The notes under the pieces are model-generated. The model saw nothing but the letters and a program-made list of their open reading frames with translations. It did no database searches and was not told the DNA's origin. A program made the translations under genes and the position numbers. From contig CAJINV010000006.1 of the NCBI GenBank assembly GCA_905178155.1, positions 4,703,795 to 4,767,794 of the forward strand: a DNA stretch of 64,000 bases, in the 5' to 3' direction. The stretch is from Amoebophrya sp. A120 (Eukaryota > Protista > Dinoflagellata). Shown one piece after another: positions 50,049 to 62,000 of this stretch (position 1 is the stretch's first letter; every line of letters begins with the position of its first letter).

Positions 50049-51724
50049 CCTTCTCCATCGCAGACTGCGTGCGTAAATACGAAAGAGTTTTTGTTCCTAG
50101 GTTGCTTCGCACTTGGTCCGTGCGATAGATGGTGAGATGGTAGCGTAAAAGCTACTCCAGTGATGTTCAGCCGCCACTGTGTGCGCATCTCATTGATCTA
50201 GTCGAAGACCAAAGAGGGATGCAGATCTAAGCCATAGAAAGAAATAAAGAAAGTGCATCGACGTTCCGGTGGCATTGATGATCTGGAATTGTCCTACTGT
50301 AGTTTTTTGACGAGATCTGTTATTTTTTGGCACGCGAAAACGCTTGTTTTTCTATTTTTCACGCGATGGTGTTCATACCAGTCTTGTTTTGGTGAACAAA
50401 AGGAAAGAGAAACAGAGGCAAGGTCATCTCTTGTTTGAGATTGTGCTTTCTTTTTGCAAGAAGATCAACAAAACGACAATCACATTCAGTATATGGACCT
50501 TGCAATTCAAATTCTAAATCTAATTTCGTCATCAAGCTTTTTTTTATTTCTCTACTCCGACCTGTATCTTCTTCTAAATTCTATCTTTATTGCCGCTTTT
50601 CATAAGCGAGTCCAAGTTCTATTCCTTTTACCCCCTTATTGTATTGTCGTACTTACTTCACTTACTTTATATCTGCGAAGTACGAAAGCCCCAGAGCGGC
50701 CAGAAAGTAGAAAATGAAGCAGTACCTACTACGCACCGCGCTTGCGTTGCGGAGCTGGATCTTCCTCCTCGGCAGTTGCAGCCGATTTTGGTTTCAAAAT
50801 GACGGACCGAACGAGCAGCCACAAGTAAACGTGCACATGGTAAACGCAGTTACGCTTATCTCCAGTCGCAGCACGGGTGCAGCAGCAAATTATGCCAACT
50901 TTCTGGAGCGACCGCAGAATGATGCGGCAATTCAGTTTCCACAGCCGGTTCGCTGCAGCGGACTCGCATCGCCATCAAGTGGGGTCGCCGGTCTGGCAAT
51001 GCCAATACCCGGACCGGAATTGCAGCACCCGATTTTTGAAGAGGACCCCTCTGTAACAAGAAGCACGAACGTCTGGAATCGCGAGATCGTCCCCGCGGTA
51101 GCGCACCTCAGAAACCACCTGCACCTTCCGACGACCTCGTCCCGGTCAGCCCGTCGGGAAGATGACAACGACCCAGCGCTCCCACGTCTACTGCAACTGC
51201 CCTCCTACACTGCGTGTCCGCTGGCGCCCCACCCGCGCGACGTGCCGTTTCCTGAAAAACTACTTTCGTGCTATTCGTATTCGCAGTTTGATGTTCCCCC
51301 GCGGCCACACAACTGCGATTTCACCGAGAGGAATTCTTCCCAACTGCATCTGTCGAGACTGTATCAAAAATTTACCGACAAATACCAGCCACAGGACTGC
51401 CGTGTGCTGCACGCTCCCGGGGGGCTACCGCTCTCCATCTTGCGGCCCCGAACTGGCAGTGAGGACGCAACGGAGGGGGGGACGACATCGACACATGAGG
51501 AGCACTACGATTCGGGTTGTTACAACCTGCAGCAGCCCGAAGCCGAGCCACTTCCGAGTGCCGTTTCGTGGGGTGGGGCGACGGAGTCGGGGAGTACCAC
51601 CGAAGGACCTGGTAGCAAAATCCCCATCCTGACTCTGGTGTGGGTACATTTTTACTCAGGATACTTGAAGATGTTGTTCCGACAGATGATCCACCCACGG
51701 TGTGTCGCTGCTGCATGGCGGTGA

Positions 51725-51876
51725 TATCGAATGCAAAAGCATCGCACTCGTATAAATGCATTACAAATTGTTCACTTAGCAATACAAATTGAATCTGTAA
51801 TGCGGATTTGCCTTGATAAAAAGATTTGTAATGCAGAAACGCAATCAGTACGAGTACGATACTTTTGCACAGGATA
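51725..51876. mobile_element. Introner family A (in captured fragment)
   Basis: DR ggtga/ggtga. Confidence 0.9.
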
Positions 51877-51911
51877 GGTGAGCAAAGATGTTGATGATGG
51901 TGTCCCGGTCT

Positions 51912-52169
51912 TATGCATTGCAAATATGTCTGGGTCTGGAAACTTGTAATGCTAAAAGTGAATGAGAGTTCCACTGCAATACGGAGCCAAGCAAGACAAA
52001 TTTTTTGGGCTCCTATGTGTTGCGTGTTCCGCATGGCATAGCACACTGCGTTTTTGCATGACAGATGAGAGGACCGCTTCGTGCCCATGCATCACAGATT
52101 CTTGAGTCATGTCAGACACGCATGACAAATGTAGGAATCTTCCAGATCCAAACATATGTGCATTTGATA
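51912..52169. mobile_element. Introner family B (in captured fragment)
   Basis: DR ggtct/gctct. Confidence 0.85.
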
Positions 52170-52238
52170 GCTCTGCTGGTCATGCGGGGTCGTGGTGGCC
52201 AACATCTTCCCGGACGTACTCTGCCCGAGCGGACTCTG

Positions 52239-52493
52239 TATCAAATGCAAATATGTCTGGGTCTGGAAGGAGTCGTGCTGTTTTTGCATGACACAGAGGC
52301 TCTGGCATGCAAGCCCTAGCATCACAGGTTTGGAAAAGATTCCGCAATTATTAATCCTAATCCGCATGACAAATCCCCCACTTTGGTGGCAGTAAATCTT
52401 TTGCTGCCTACGCATGAGAGATTTGTGTGTTTTGTGAAATGCGCATCACAAGTTCACACCCTTCCAGACATCCAGACATATTTGCAATGCATA
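52239..52493. mobile_element. Introner family B (in captured fragment)
   Basis: DR ctctg/ctctg. Confidence 0.88.
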
Positions 52494-52564
52494 CTCTGCA
52501 AGGCGGACTGAAAGGTCGGGGTGGACCCGCGACTGGAGGTTTTCGAGCCAGGTAGTAGCCCGGT

Positions 52565-52931
52565 TATCGTGAGCAAAAACGTCCCCACACCAGAGTCAAG
52601 ATGGGACATCTGCTAGACAAATCAACCAGCTGTAGTTGCTTCGCATGACAAGTTTTGCCTCGTACTGCAATCCTGTTTGAGGTAGGTCAGCAGCATCACA
52701 GATCTGCCGATTCCAGCATCACAAAATCCAAAACACGACTAGAAAATGCTTCTCATGGGGCTCCGCATGAGAAACTTTTTTGGCCCGCATGAGAAACTTC
52801 TCATGGGCTCCGCATGACCCACCCGCCCTGCGTGTCAAGCCATCTGCGGCCATGGTACAATGGGGGGGCAAAGTGTGTCGCATTTTGTTTAGCATGACAA
52901 CTCTGGGGTGGGGACGTTTTTACTCAGAATA
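52565..52931. mobile_element. Introner family I (in captured fragment)
   Basis: DR ccggt/ccggt. Confidence 0.88.
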
Positions 52932-55016
52932 CCGGTCTGGTAGGAGCGCACGGTGTAGTAATCCTGTTCATTCGGGCTGATGCTGGTCGAGCCTGCTACT
53001 GAGTGGCCGCTTGTCCCCGCCCGCAGGTTGGAGGGCGGCAGCGCTGGAGCGGCAGCGCGCTGAAACATGCTGGTCCACAGCCGCTTGGCGGTCACGGAGA
53101 CGCAGCAGTTTACCGGCTCTTCCACAGAAACGCTGTGCTCTACTTGATGCCTGTCCCTCGCGGCTGCAACGGCAGCGCGTGCAGCCAGGTCCTGGAAAGA
53201 TGAAGAAAAGTGGTCCTGCTCCTGTGGGGAGAAGCTTGTGCCGCTGTAGTCTTCGCCGAAGTCGGTTTGCGTAGAAATGCGACGAGTGATCCGACCACTC
53301 GGGACGTTTCGTGGGGTGGGGCGACGGGGTCGGGGAGTACCACCGAAGGACCTGGTAGTGATGCGGCAGCTGCATCTTGTTCGCCCACCAACAGGTACTC
53401 GATGGGCAGCCGTGGTTCTTGCGACGCTGCGTCCGCAGCATCTAGCAGTGCTGGTGGAGCAACGGGGTATATTGCAAATGCTCGCGCGCAGCACAAATCG
53501 AAATCCAGCTCTGCGTCTACAGACGGCAAGCCGCAGTTCCAATTTTTCTTCGGTACCAATCACGACCTGGATGTAGTAGTCCCGTCACCCAGAAAGAAAG
53601 GCATCACTCATCGTGGCAGCAGTGGTCCAGCTGGCATGGAGAAAAGCGACGAAGATGACAACGGGGGCAGCAGCAGCATTGAGATTGACCATGGTGACCG
53701 GGGTTGTAGTACCACCGGCGGCGCCGACGTCGAGGAACCAACAGTAGCAGCAGCAGATGACCACCCAAAACCGCCACAACCAAAAGCAAAACCGGAACCC
53801 CTTCTGCTTCCCCTTTCCGCAAGCGAAAAGGCGAAAACCCGAAAAGTTCTGCTCAACACCCTCGTCGAGAGGAAACTGCAGCCCACGGACGCCCGGGTCC
53901 AGTCGCTCCGGGACGAAATCCATTCTCGCCGCGGGGCAATTGGGGTTTTATCGTGGGGCTACCCGTTCATCAGCGGTCACAAGAGCGGCTTTTTGAATGC
54001 GGCGATGCTTGACCCCCCCGCGGCGGTGCGACGTGGGTGGGTGGAAAAGCTGGGGGAACGGGCGGAGGAAGTTAAGAAGACCGTGCCTGTTTAGAAGACA
54101 TAGTTCGTTAATTTTTTCTACATGTTATCTCGTTTTGTGGGCAACAGAATTTTCTGTTACTAAAGAACAAAAAACCATGGGTCCGTGTCCAGTTGTTGAG
54201 ACCTTCTGGTACAATTTGAATTTTTTTTTTGCCGTGTGGTCATTGTGTTTGCTACAAACATCAATGCGATTTTTGTTATAAGCGAGGCTGAGTACAGGAG
54301 CACACCAGCTGGAAAATTTACCTGCTTCGGCACCCAGCATAGAAATGCCCCCAGAACAAGAAGATGAAGACATCTGGTTGCCGCCACTACTTTCATGTGA
54401 GAAACGACCGAAAAATCTGGTCGAGGGCAAGTTTTGATTGGGAAGTTTTTTTTCATAGCGAGGCCAGCAGGGATACTTGATATTGGCCTCCTGATTTTTC
54501 ATCGTAGAACTCTATTTGTTGTACTTACGGTACCACGATCTAGATTGCAGATGATACCGCAATAACAAAATGCACACAAAGAATACCAAGACCCCCGCGA
54601 ACGTACAGCCCGCTTGTGTGAAAACGACAGAGTTTTTGTTTCTAGGTGTTTTCGATCGTGTTTCCCATTTCCGTCGTTATCTCGTCGGTATTCGAGAGAG
54701 GTCAGCACCGTCGTGCTCCTCGAAATTATTTTGGGCTGGAATTGAGTGACGAGTAAGTTGCTCGTGAAACCACGACCACTTTGCCTTTTTAGAGAGTAAG
54801 GAAGAAAAGTTCGACAAGACGACGAGAGAACCAAATACAAATCGTTATTCCGGCCGGGTGCAACGACAGCAGCTACTCGGATTTATATCATCGTATACTT
54901 GTCATAGTAGGACGAGAGGGCGAGGAGGAGCGCGAGCGCCATACAGACGCATCGTGTCAGAACAACAAAACTTTTTACTGAACCCTACGAACGAAGAAGG
55001 AGGCGTTCAATCGAAG

Positions 55017-57794
55017 ATGTCGATCACGACCACCAAGCCGGCCCCGGTTCAGAAACCGGGAACAAAAAGCTGCACAGCTGCAATGAAGAAACCAACCACC
55101 TCCCACAAGTTCTCTTCCATGAAGACCCCCGCAACCCCGGTTGTTCCTCTATCCACCAAAAAACAACCATCCCCATCCAATTTGTCATGCAAAACATGTA
55201 TGAAGTCCTGTGTATGAAGTCCTGTGTCCGCCCGCCCCCCGGGGAGGGGATCCTTGACCTGTGGCGCTGGGTGCGGGTGTCCACTACATGATGATGATGA
55301 TGCATAAAATGGATGGTGATGATTCTTTTTTCCTGGATATCCTCCGATCAAAACCTCCAAACTTCACGAGGAGCTCTGGAGCAAGTGGACGCCGGCGGAG
55401 AAGAAAGTTCTCGAGAAACTCAACACCCCGGAAAAAATCCAGCTCTACCTGGACAACGAGATCAAGTACGGTGGGGAAGACGGCTGCCGGTCCATCCGGC
55501 ACACCCTGAAAACGAAGGAGGCGCACTGTCTCGGTGGGTCCTTGCTGTCCTACTACCTGCTTACCCGGCACGGCTACGAAGCCTTCTGCATCGGTTTGGA
55601 AGCCGTGAACGACGACTGTCACGCGATTTGCGTCTACACGGTGACGAGCCCGATCTCCGGGAAGAAGTACTACGGAAGTCTGTCGAAGTCGTATCGACGG
55701 CAGAAGTAACGTACTAGTAATTTGATCAGCACGAGAAATGAACTTTGTAAAAATGCTGGTTAGCGTACACGGATAGATCTGTCGTGCATGACTGCCCTTA
55801 CTACGAGTACGATTTATACTTTTGCCATGCATAAGTGGAACTTCACCCTGATCCGGTCCCGAGATGCAGTCTACTCCTCCCTCCGCGAACTGGTGATGAG
55901 TTACTGGGATTTCTACTTCAATACGGACGGAGAAAAAACGCTGGTGTGCTACACGAAACCGTTCATATGAACTGCAAAGGTATGGTACTCGTATGAATGC
56001 ATTACAAATTTCCTTAGCATGAGAAATAACGTTTGTCGTGCGCATTTACCTTACGAAAAAAATTTGTAATGCATGACTGCCATTACTACGAGCGCGATAC
56101 TTTTGCACAGGATAGCTCAAGGCGTTCACCGATTTCAAGGGGGTGAAGGGGAAGGAGGACAAGTTTTCCTGGATGTTCAACGAGTCCGGAAAGGATGCGA
56201 AATATGCATTGCAAATAAAGCGTCGTGGAGGTGTTGGTGTAACTGCAGAACAGCATGACAAAATTTTGAAAACGCAAAACTCAAAATCGTCACTTTGTCA
56301 TGCTAGACCTGCCTACACCAAAGGTCCTTTGTATTGCACAGTCCTGCTCCATCAATCTGTAGTCAGATTACATTAACTAGCAATATGACACATAATGCTC
56401 CAATATGACATTTGACCAGGACGACATGAAAAACCTGCCAAAACGCGCATTATCATATTGTAATATTGTCATATTGTCATAATGCATATTGCTCGCGACA
56501 GCCCGGCGGCTGAAAATTGGTCCCACCCGACACGCTGCCGGCCAGGTGTTGCGATTCTAGGACCCTTTAGGCGGGTGCGTATGCATTTGCGGAAAATTTG
56601 GCGGGGCGATGAGCCGTACGCACTTCCTCCGCCCCTCTCGCCCTTGCCCAGGGGGCGTGGCGCTCGTGGCGTGGCCCCTCTCGCCCCTCTTGCAGCGTCG
56701 CATTTGTAGCGCGTCCTAGTGCACTGCAGCTTTTAGCACCAGCATCGCCCCGGCTCTGGGGCGTCATCGCTTATTGTACTCCGAAAGCACAACGCACGAA
56801 GCTGATCGCCACACCCACACCACAAATAAAGCATTATGACGCAATGGCTGCTGAATTTTGAGCAATTGGATTCGCGTGCGGAATAGAATTCGCATGAGAG
56901 CGGGCGACCCGTGGCAAAGTCATTCGGGTCGCAACGGCCCAGGTCGCGCACATGTTCCTCTGGTTCGGACAATTGTGCCCTTTTCGCCGCCGCTAAAACA
57001 AAACGGAGGGACAGGAAGCAGGCCTTGCAGCGCCAGTAGTGCGTGGCGGGCGCTGCCGGGCCCGCTTTCGGGGGCGGGGGTTCCGACTTTCAACACCTTC
57101 TGGTCATTTTGCTCAAAATGCCGCAGTCATATTGTCATTTTGTCATATTGCCATATTGCATATTGGTAAAAGTGTCGAAATTTTGCTAGTTAATGTAATG
57201 TGTGTAGTTCGTCTGCGACGTGTAGTTTGTCCTGCATAAGCAGTACTGTGAGCAGGTGTTTGACGAAATGGACACGGTTTCGCTCTTTCCGGCGGAGGAC
57301 CAGGCGGCTAAGAAGAAGATGATGACGGCTTATGCAATACAAAAGTACACTCAGAAGGACAAACCGCATGACAAATTTACTTGAGTTTCAGCTACACAAA
57401 TACGAGAGAAGAAGTTTGTCATGCAGGGACGCATCTACTGTTGGTGATGATGTTGTTGTACTTTTGAAATTGGATATCGCAATGAAGTCGCTGAAGTACG
57501 ACACGCGGAAAGAGGGGAAGAAGCAGGAACACGTTTCGTGTTTTGGAAAATCCGTTTTTACCGCGCCGAAGATCTTGGTGGAGGGAGGGATATGAACTGC
57601 AAAACAAGTATCGTACTCGTATAAATGCATTACAAATTTCCTCAGCATGATGAGAAATAAAATTTGTAATGCAGATTTGCCTTGGAAACAAGATTTGTAA
57701 TGCAAGACTTGCATTGGCATTTGTACGAGTACGATACTTTTGCACAGGATAAGGGACTCTGGACAGCAACCCGGATGGGCTGTACCAGTGCTAG
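55017..57794 (+). CDS. Transglutaminase-like (Cys-His) protein of a bacterial-type hypothetical family
   Basis: Spliced LNTPEKIQLYLD..CRSIRHTLKTKEAHCLGG..LEAVNDDCHAI..GSLSKSNFTLIRSRDAVYSSLRELVMSYWDFYFNTDGEKTL..DGLYQC*. Six introns. Family assignment is from recall, not a search. Confidence 0.7.
55150..55339. mobile_element. Introner family C with an internal GC-rich insertion
   Basis: DR tcctc/tcctc. Confidence 0.88.
55692..55833. mobile_element. Introner family A, diverged
   Basis: DR agtcg/agtgg. Confidence 0.82.
55966..56114. mobile_element. Introner family A
   Basis: DR gttca/gctca. Confidence 0.88.
56203..57238. mobile_element. Degenerate introner hosting a nested TIR element
   Basis: tatgcattgcaaa...tttgtcctgcata; DR decayed; frame restored (AK|YCEQVF). 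Confidence 0.65.
56364..57202. mobile_element. Non-autonomous TIR element, 839 bp, nested in an intron
   Basis: TIR cagattacattaactagcaa / ttgctagttaatgtaatgtg; 6-bp TSD tgtagt; subterminal (a)tattgtcat repeats. Confidence 0.8.
57331..57476. mobile_element. Degenerate A-like introner
   Basis: tatgcaatacaaaagtac...gtacttttgaaattggata; weak DR cggct/tcgca. Confidence 0.65.
57591..57751. mobile_element. Introner family A
   Basis: DR aggga/aggga. Confidence 0.9.
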
Positions 57795-59006
57795 TGCAGT
57801 TGAAGGTGAGGACGAAGGTAGGAGCGAGTGCCGGAAAAATGCTTTCAAACTACGATGTAAAATGTAGATGTACTAGTATTTGCGTGTCTTTCACTGTTGA
57901 TACAGATACTTACAGATACTGCAAGAAAGGCGGGCTTTACCGGAATCGAATTGATTTTCTTCCGACGATCGAGAGTTCGACTGTAAGATCAATGCTTTAT
58001 TGTACGACCGTTGTAATTCTGTTTGTGACTGGACTGAAAATGCAATCCCACGCTTATGTCGATGTTTGGAACGAAAAGAAAACAAGTGTGGGCCGCTCAT
58101 GTTTACTTGCCGCAGCTAGTAAAAGCACACTTCTACTGTTTCATCTACTTTTCTCAAACCCAGTTTAGTCTCCTCAAACGGCCGCGAGCAAATGCTAGAT
58201 TTCCACTCAAACCGCAAGCAATCGTGCCTGTTTTGTAAAGGTGGATGGTTAGGCTATGGCACAACAGCATATCAAATTTTCCCAGCACGGTTATTTTCGT
58301 TTTGACCACGACCTGGTTCCAAACCTACACCCAAATGAACCTTTTCTGATTTTCCTAAATGCTCCTTGTATCTGGATTCGGATTTCAACCTGGAAGTAGG
58401 CGACCTCCATGCGCATCTGTCTGCATGTTGCTGGTGTGCTAATGACCGTGTAGTAGAAGGTCCTACTTACAACTTCTCGCACGAACATGTTCATTGATAA
58501 CGGGCCAAGGCTGACCGATGAATGTTGACGCGGTAACACCACAAAGATGTTGGCCAGAGATTCATGACTAAAGATCCTTGCCACAAGGCGAAGGCCACAG
58601 TGTCGCTGTTGTACGACCGAGCTCCATAAGCTGCTACTCGTAGCCAAGACGAAAAAGAAGGCCAAGGCTAACGCGAATGAGAATGAGAATGAACATGATC
58701 CCTGAAATGGAAATCTAACTGGTTTTTGTGAGAACAGGATCCTTTGTTGTTTTTTGGAGATCCAGCTTCTGCTGCCCTGGCACAGGTGAGATTTCTTCCA
58801 CCCCCCGGCGCTGCTGGATATGCAGTTCCTAGCTTCGCGACAGAAGCAAAAGCATCCATCATGTTGAGGCGCAAGCACGGTGACAGAACCGCCCGCCTCT
58901 CAGAAAATTGCGCCCCTGCGGCTTGCGGCAGGGACCAACCACTTTTGATGGTGTCGTGTTGAAGCACCACACGGCGCCGAGCGAGCAGCAAAATTTGAAT
59001 TTCGTG

Positions 59007-62000
59007 ATGGCGAATACGTCAACGGCAGCCCCCGCGGGTCTCCTCCTGCGCTTGTTCATCTCTTCTCTCGCTTTACTGAAGGCGAGTTTGTTCCTGCTCG
59101 AGCTTCGTGCAATCGTGGCAACAGAAGTTGCCCCCGATGCCGAGAGCAACTACATGCAGCAAGGCGCCTCCAAGCCAGACAGTGACCGCTCCGCGCACGC
59201 GGATAACGAAGATGTTAACCCCAGACAACTCCACCTTCACCCAACTCTCCGGGCATCAGGAGCTGCATCGGATTCGTCATCATCTAGAAGGGCACGACAG
59301 CCAGAGCAGGCAGATCAGGAAATTTCCGCAGGCCGGGACGACGCTCGAGATCATGCAGCAGGTACTGTACCGTCTACGTCTTCTGGCGCAGCTGCTGGGG
59401 CTGCTGCTGCTGCTGCACCACAGTTATTGCCATCTTCCGACGAGAATCCAGAGGAGCAAGACTCGTCGGCTACTACTTCATCCGACGAAAACGACCACAC
59501 ACTTGTCCTCAACGCACCCGCAAATATTCCGCCCGCACTACCGCCACCACCAACAGTACCGTACATGCTCTTTCCCTCCAGCACCACAACAACTAACGCG
59601 ACCAATAATTTCCGCAACAAGGAACAGAAACGCTGGAAAAATTTCCGCTTGCAAGTCGAAAACACTTTCGACACAATCCTATCCGATGCAAAAGTATCGT
59701 ACTCGTACAGATGCAAGACTTGCATTACAAATCTTACTCCTAAGATAAATCAGCACTACAAATCTGATTTCTCATGCTGAGGAAATTTGTAATGCATTAT
59801 TATACGAGTGCGATACTTTTGCAGTTCATAAATCCTAGAGAACTACAAATCAAAATTCCCCCAGGCGGGCCATGATTTAAAGAAAAAAATCCTCATTCAG
59901 CTGCACCGAAACAAGTACAAGATTCTGCAAACGGGAAGGTATGCATTGCAAAAGCATCGTACTAGTATCAATTGCAATACAAATTTCCTTAGCATGAGAA
60001 ATGGAATTTGTCATGCGGATTTGCCCTAATAAAAAGATTTGTAATGCTGGTGCAAGACTTGCCTTTATACGAGTGCGATACTTTTGCAGAGGATAGGAGG
60101 CTGATGCTCGCGACGAGGCGGAAATACGAGGAGGAACAGGAGGCGGAAGTGCAGTTGTATATGCAAAAAATGATGCAAGCGTTGCAACAGGGCGCGAGTG
60201 AAGTACAGAGCGAGCTAGTGGCCGCGGGCGTGGACGAACATGATCAAGGTGGTCAAAATCATCACGAAGTTCAAGTGCAACTTCAACTTCCAGTATTGCA
60301 ATTGAACCTCGGGGCGGGCAAAAGAGCAGGGAAAACGATGATAAACCCGGTAGAACTAGAGGCCGCGTATTCTGCCGGTTTCGCAAATGCTCTCGTTCCC
60401 CCGAGCGGCGGCATAATTGCTGCTAGAGATGAAGTAGACCAAGCTTCTACTGGAGATCCACAATCAGAACAAGTTGATCCACAGCAGCTACAAAAGCTGA
60501 TGCTGGATCTGTTGCTCAATACACAAGTCCAGGCGGCGATGGCGAAGGCGTTGTCTGGTTCTGCCGGCGGTCTGCAAGCAGGGGCTGTTGTTCCAGCTGC
60601 ATCGTCTTCAAACGGAGATACTAGCGAAGGTGTCGTGCCAGAAGTGCCTGTCCTGCTACCGCAGCCGCAAATCCAGTTTCAGATGCTGCGACCAGGACAT
60701 CAGGCCGCTGCGTCTGCACCTTTGCCGAACCAGCTCCAGTTGGAACAAGCGCAAAATGCCGGACTAGAGCTTTTTCACAATAACGCGCCTGGTATTGCGT
60801 TTCTGGTCAACACGGATGCGGAGGGGAAGCCGCAACTGGAGAAACTTAGCGACAGTGATGCTGCGCTCGCACTTGCCGATGTGGCCGTGGGGGCCGCGAG
60901 TGAGGGGACCGTGCTGAACCTTCTTCCACCTGGTGGTGACATAGCTGGGGCTGAGGCCGCATCTTCAGAGGAAGGACCTGCTGAGCCTACCCAATCTTCT
61001 GAAACAAAAACGACCGAAGATGGTCTTGAAAGCAGAGTCGACGACACAGCTTTCTTCACCCGGCCTTCCTCTCTAGATTCAGTGGCAGAGCCGTCAAAGG
61101 CACAGGCTGCTTCTTCCGGAGACGAAAGAACTCCGACCGCGAGCCAGGAGGCCGCACAACTGCAAAGAAATGATGTTGGAGTTGTCCCTGCGGCCAAAAA
61201 CATCAAGAAACGCAAAAAAAGGCCGACCAAAGCTAGAGCCGACGCCGACAACACTTCCCCCGCAACACCGAAATACCAAGGCAAAACGGAGCTGGACCTG
61301 GATGAGAAAATCAAACTTTTTCTGGAGCACGAAAAGATGAAGGATGATTTGAAAAAATCTGTCATGGCAAAGGTGAAAGCAACGATGCAGAAAAGGGTAG
61401 AAAAACTGTCGCTCATGGACAGTGCGGAAGATTTGCAATTGCTTCTTGATGTTGATACTACTTCGGGGAACCAGCATGTTGACAAATTTGCGGAGCAGCA
61501 GCACAAATTTTTTCTGGAGCAGCAACGGGAGGAGGCAAAGAGAATGGTGCAGCAAAAGGCAGAAATGGAGAACAAGAAGCAGCATACGCAAGAGAAAGTT
61601 CTTTTACCACCACCTCCATGGACCATGTGCGCGTCCAACTCCATAGCTAATTTGCGATGCAGCGTAAGACGTGTCGAGAGAAAGAGATCTGTCATGCGTT
61701 TTTTTAATTTTCAAGGAGTCGGGGTGGGGTAGATTTCCTGTCAATAACGCACGAAGAGGTAGAACTGGATGCGATGGATGATGACTCAAATGCTGAGGAG
61801 GAGAAGGACCAGAAGGATCAGCTTCAACAGGATGAACTACCTCCTGGACGATCCGCGGACGTCATGAAAAAAGAAAGTCAAAGTCTCACCATCGACGCCG
61901 TAAAAAGCTTAGTCACCGAAAACGACTGGGCTCCGGACATCGAGCTGCAGCTCAACCCCATCCCGATCCAGCTACTCGGGCAAATTGCCAATCAGGTCAG

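Larger units (their letters stand above)
51664..53304 (-). pseudogene. Captured antisense fragment of another intron-containing gene
   Basis: Minus-strand frame RRISTQTDFGEDY..YQTG|LLPGSKTSSRGSTPTFQSALQ|SPLGQSTSGKMLATTTPHDQQS|GTPSSTSLLT|AMQQRHTVGG stays open across 4 introners. Confidence 0.65.
50714..54094 (+). pseudogene. Secreted hypothetical protein, paralog 2; disrupted by a 1.7-kb insertion
   Basis: 50714-51615 and 53359-54094 are in frame (TEGPGS|DAAA) once the insert and one 54-bp repeat are removed. As present, it stops at 51724. Confidence 0.65.

Noticed and set aside
60775-61695. Long minus-strand ORFs (also 19872-20711 and 28862-29479)
   Set aside because: Antisense shadows of plus-strand coding exons.
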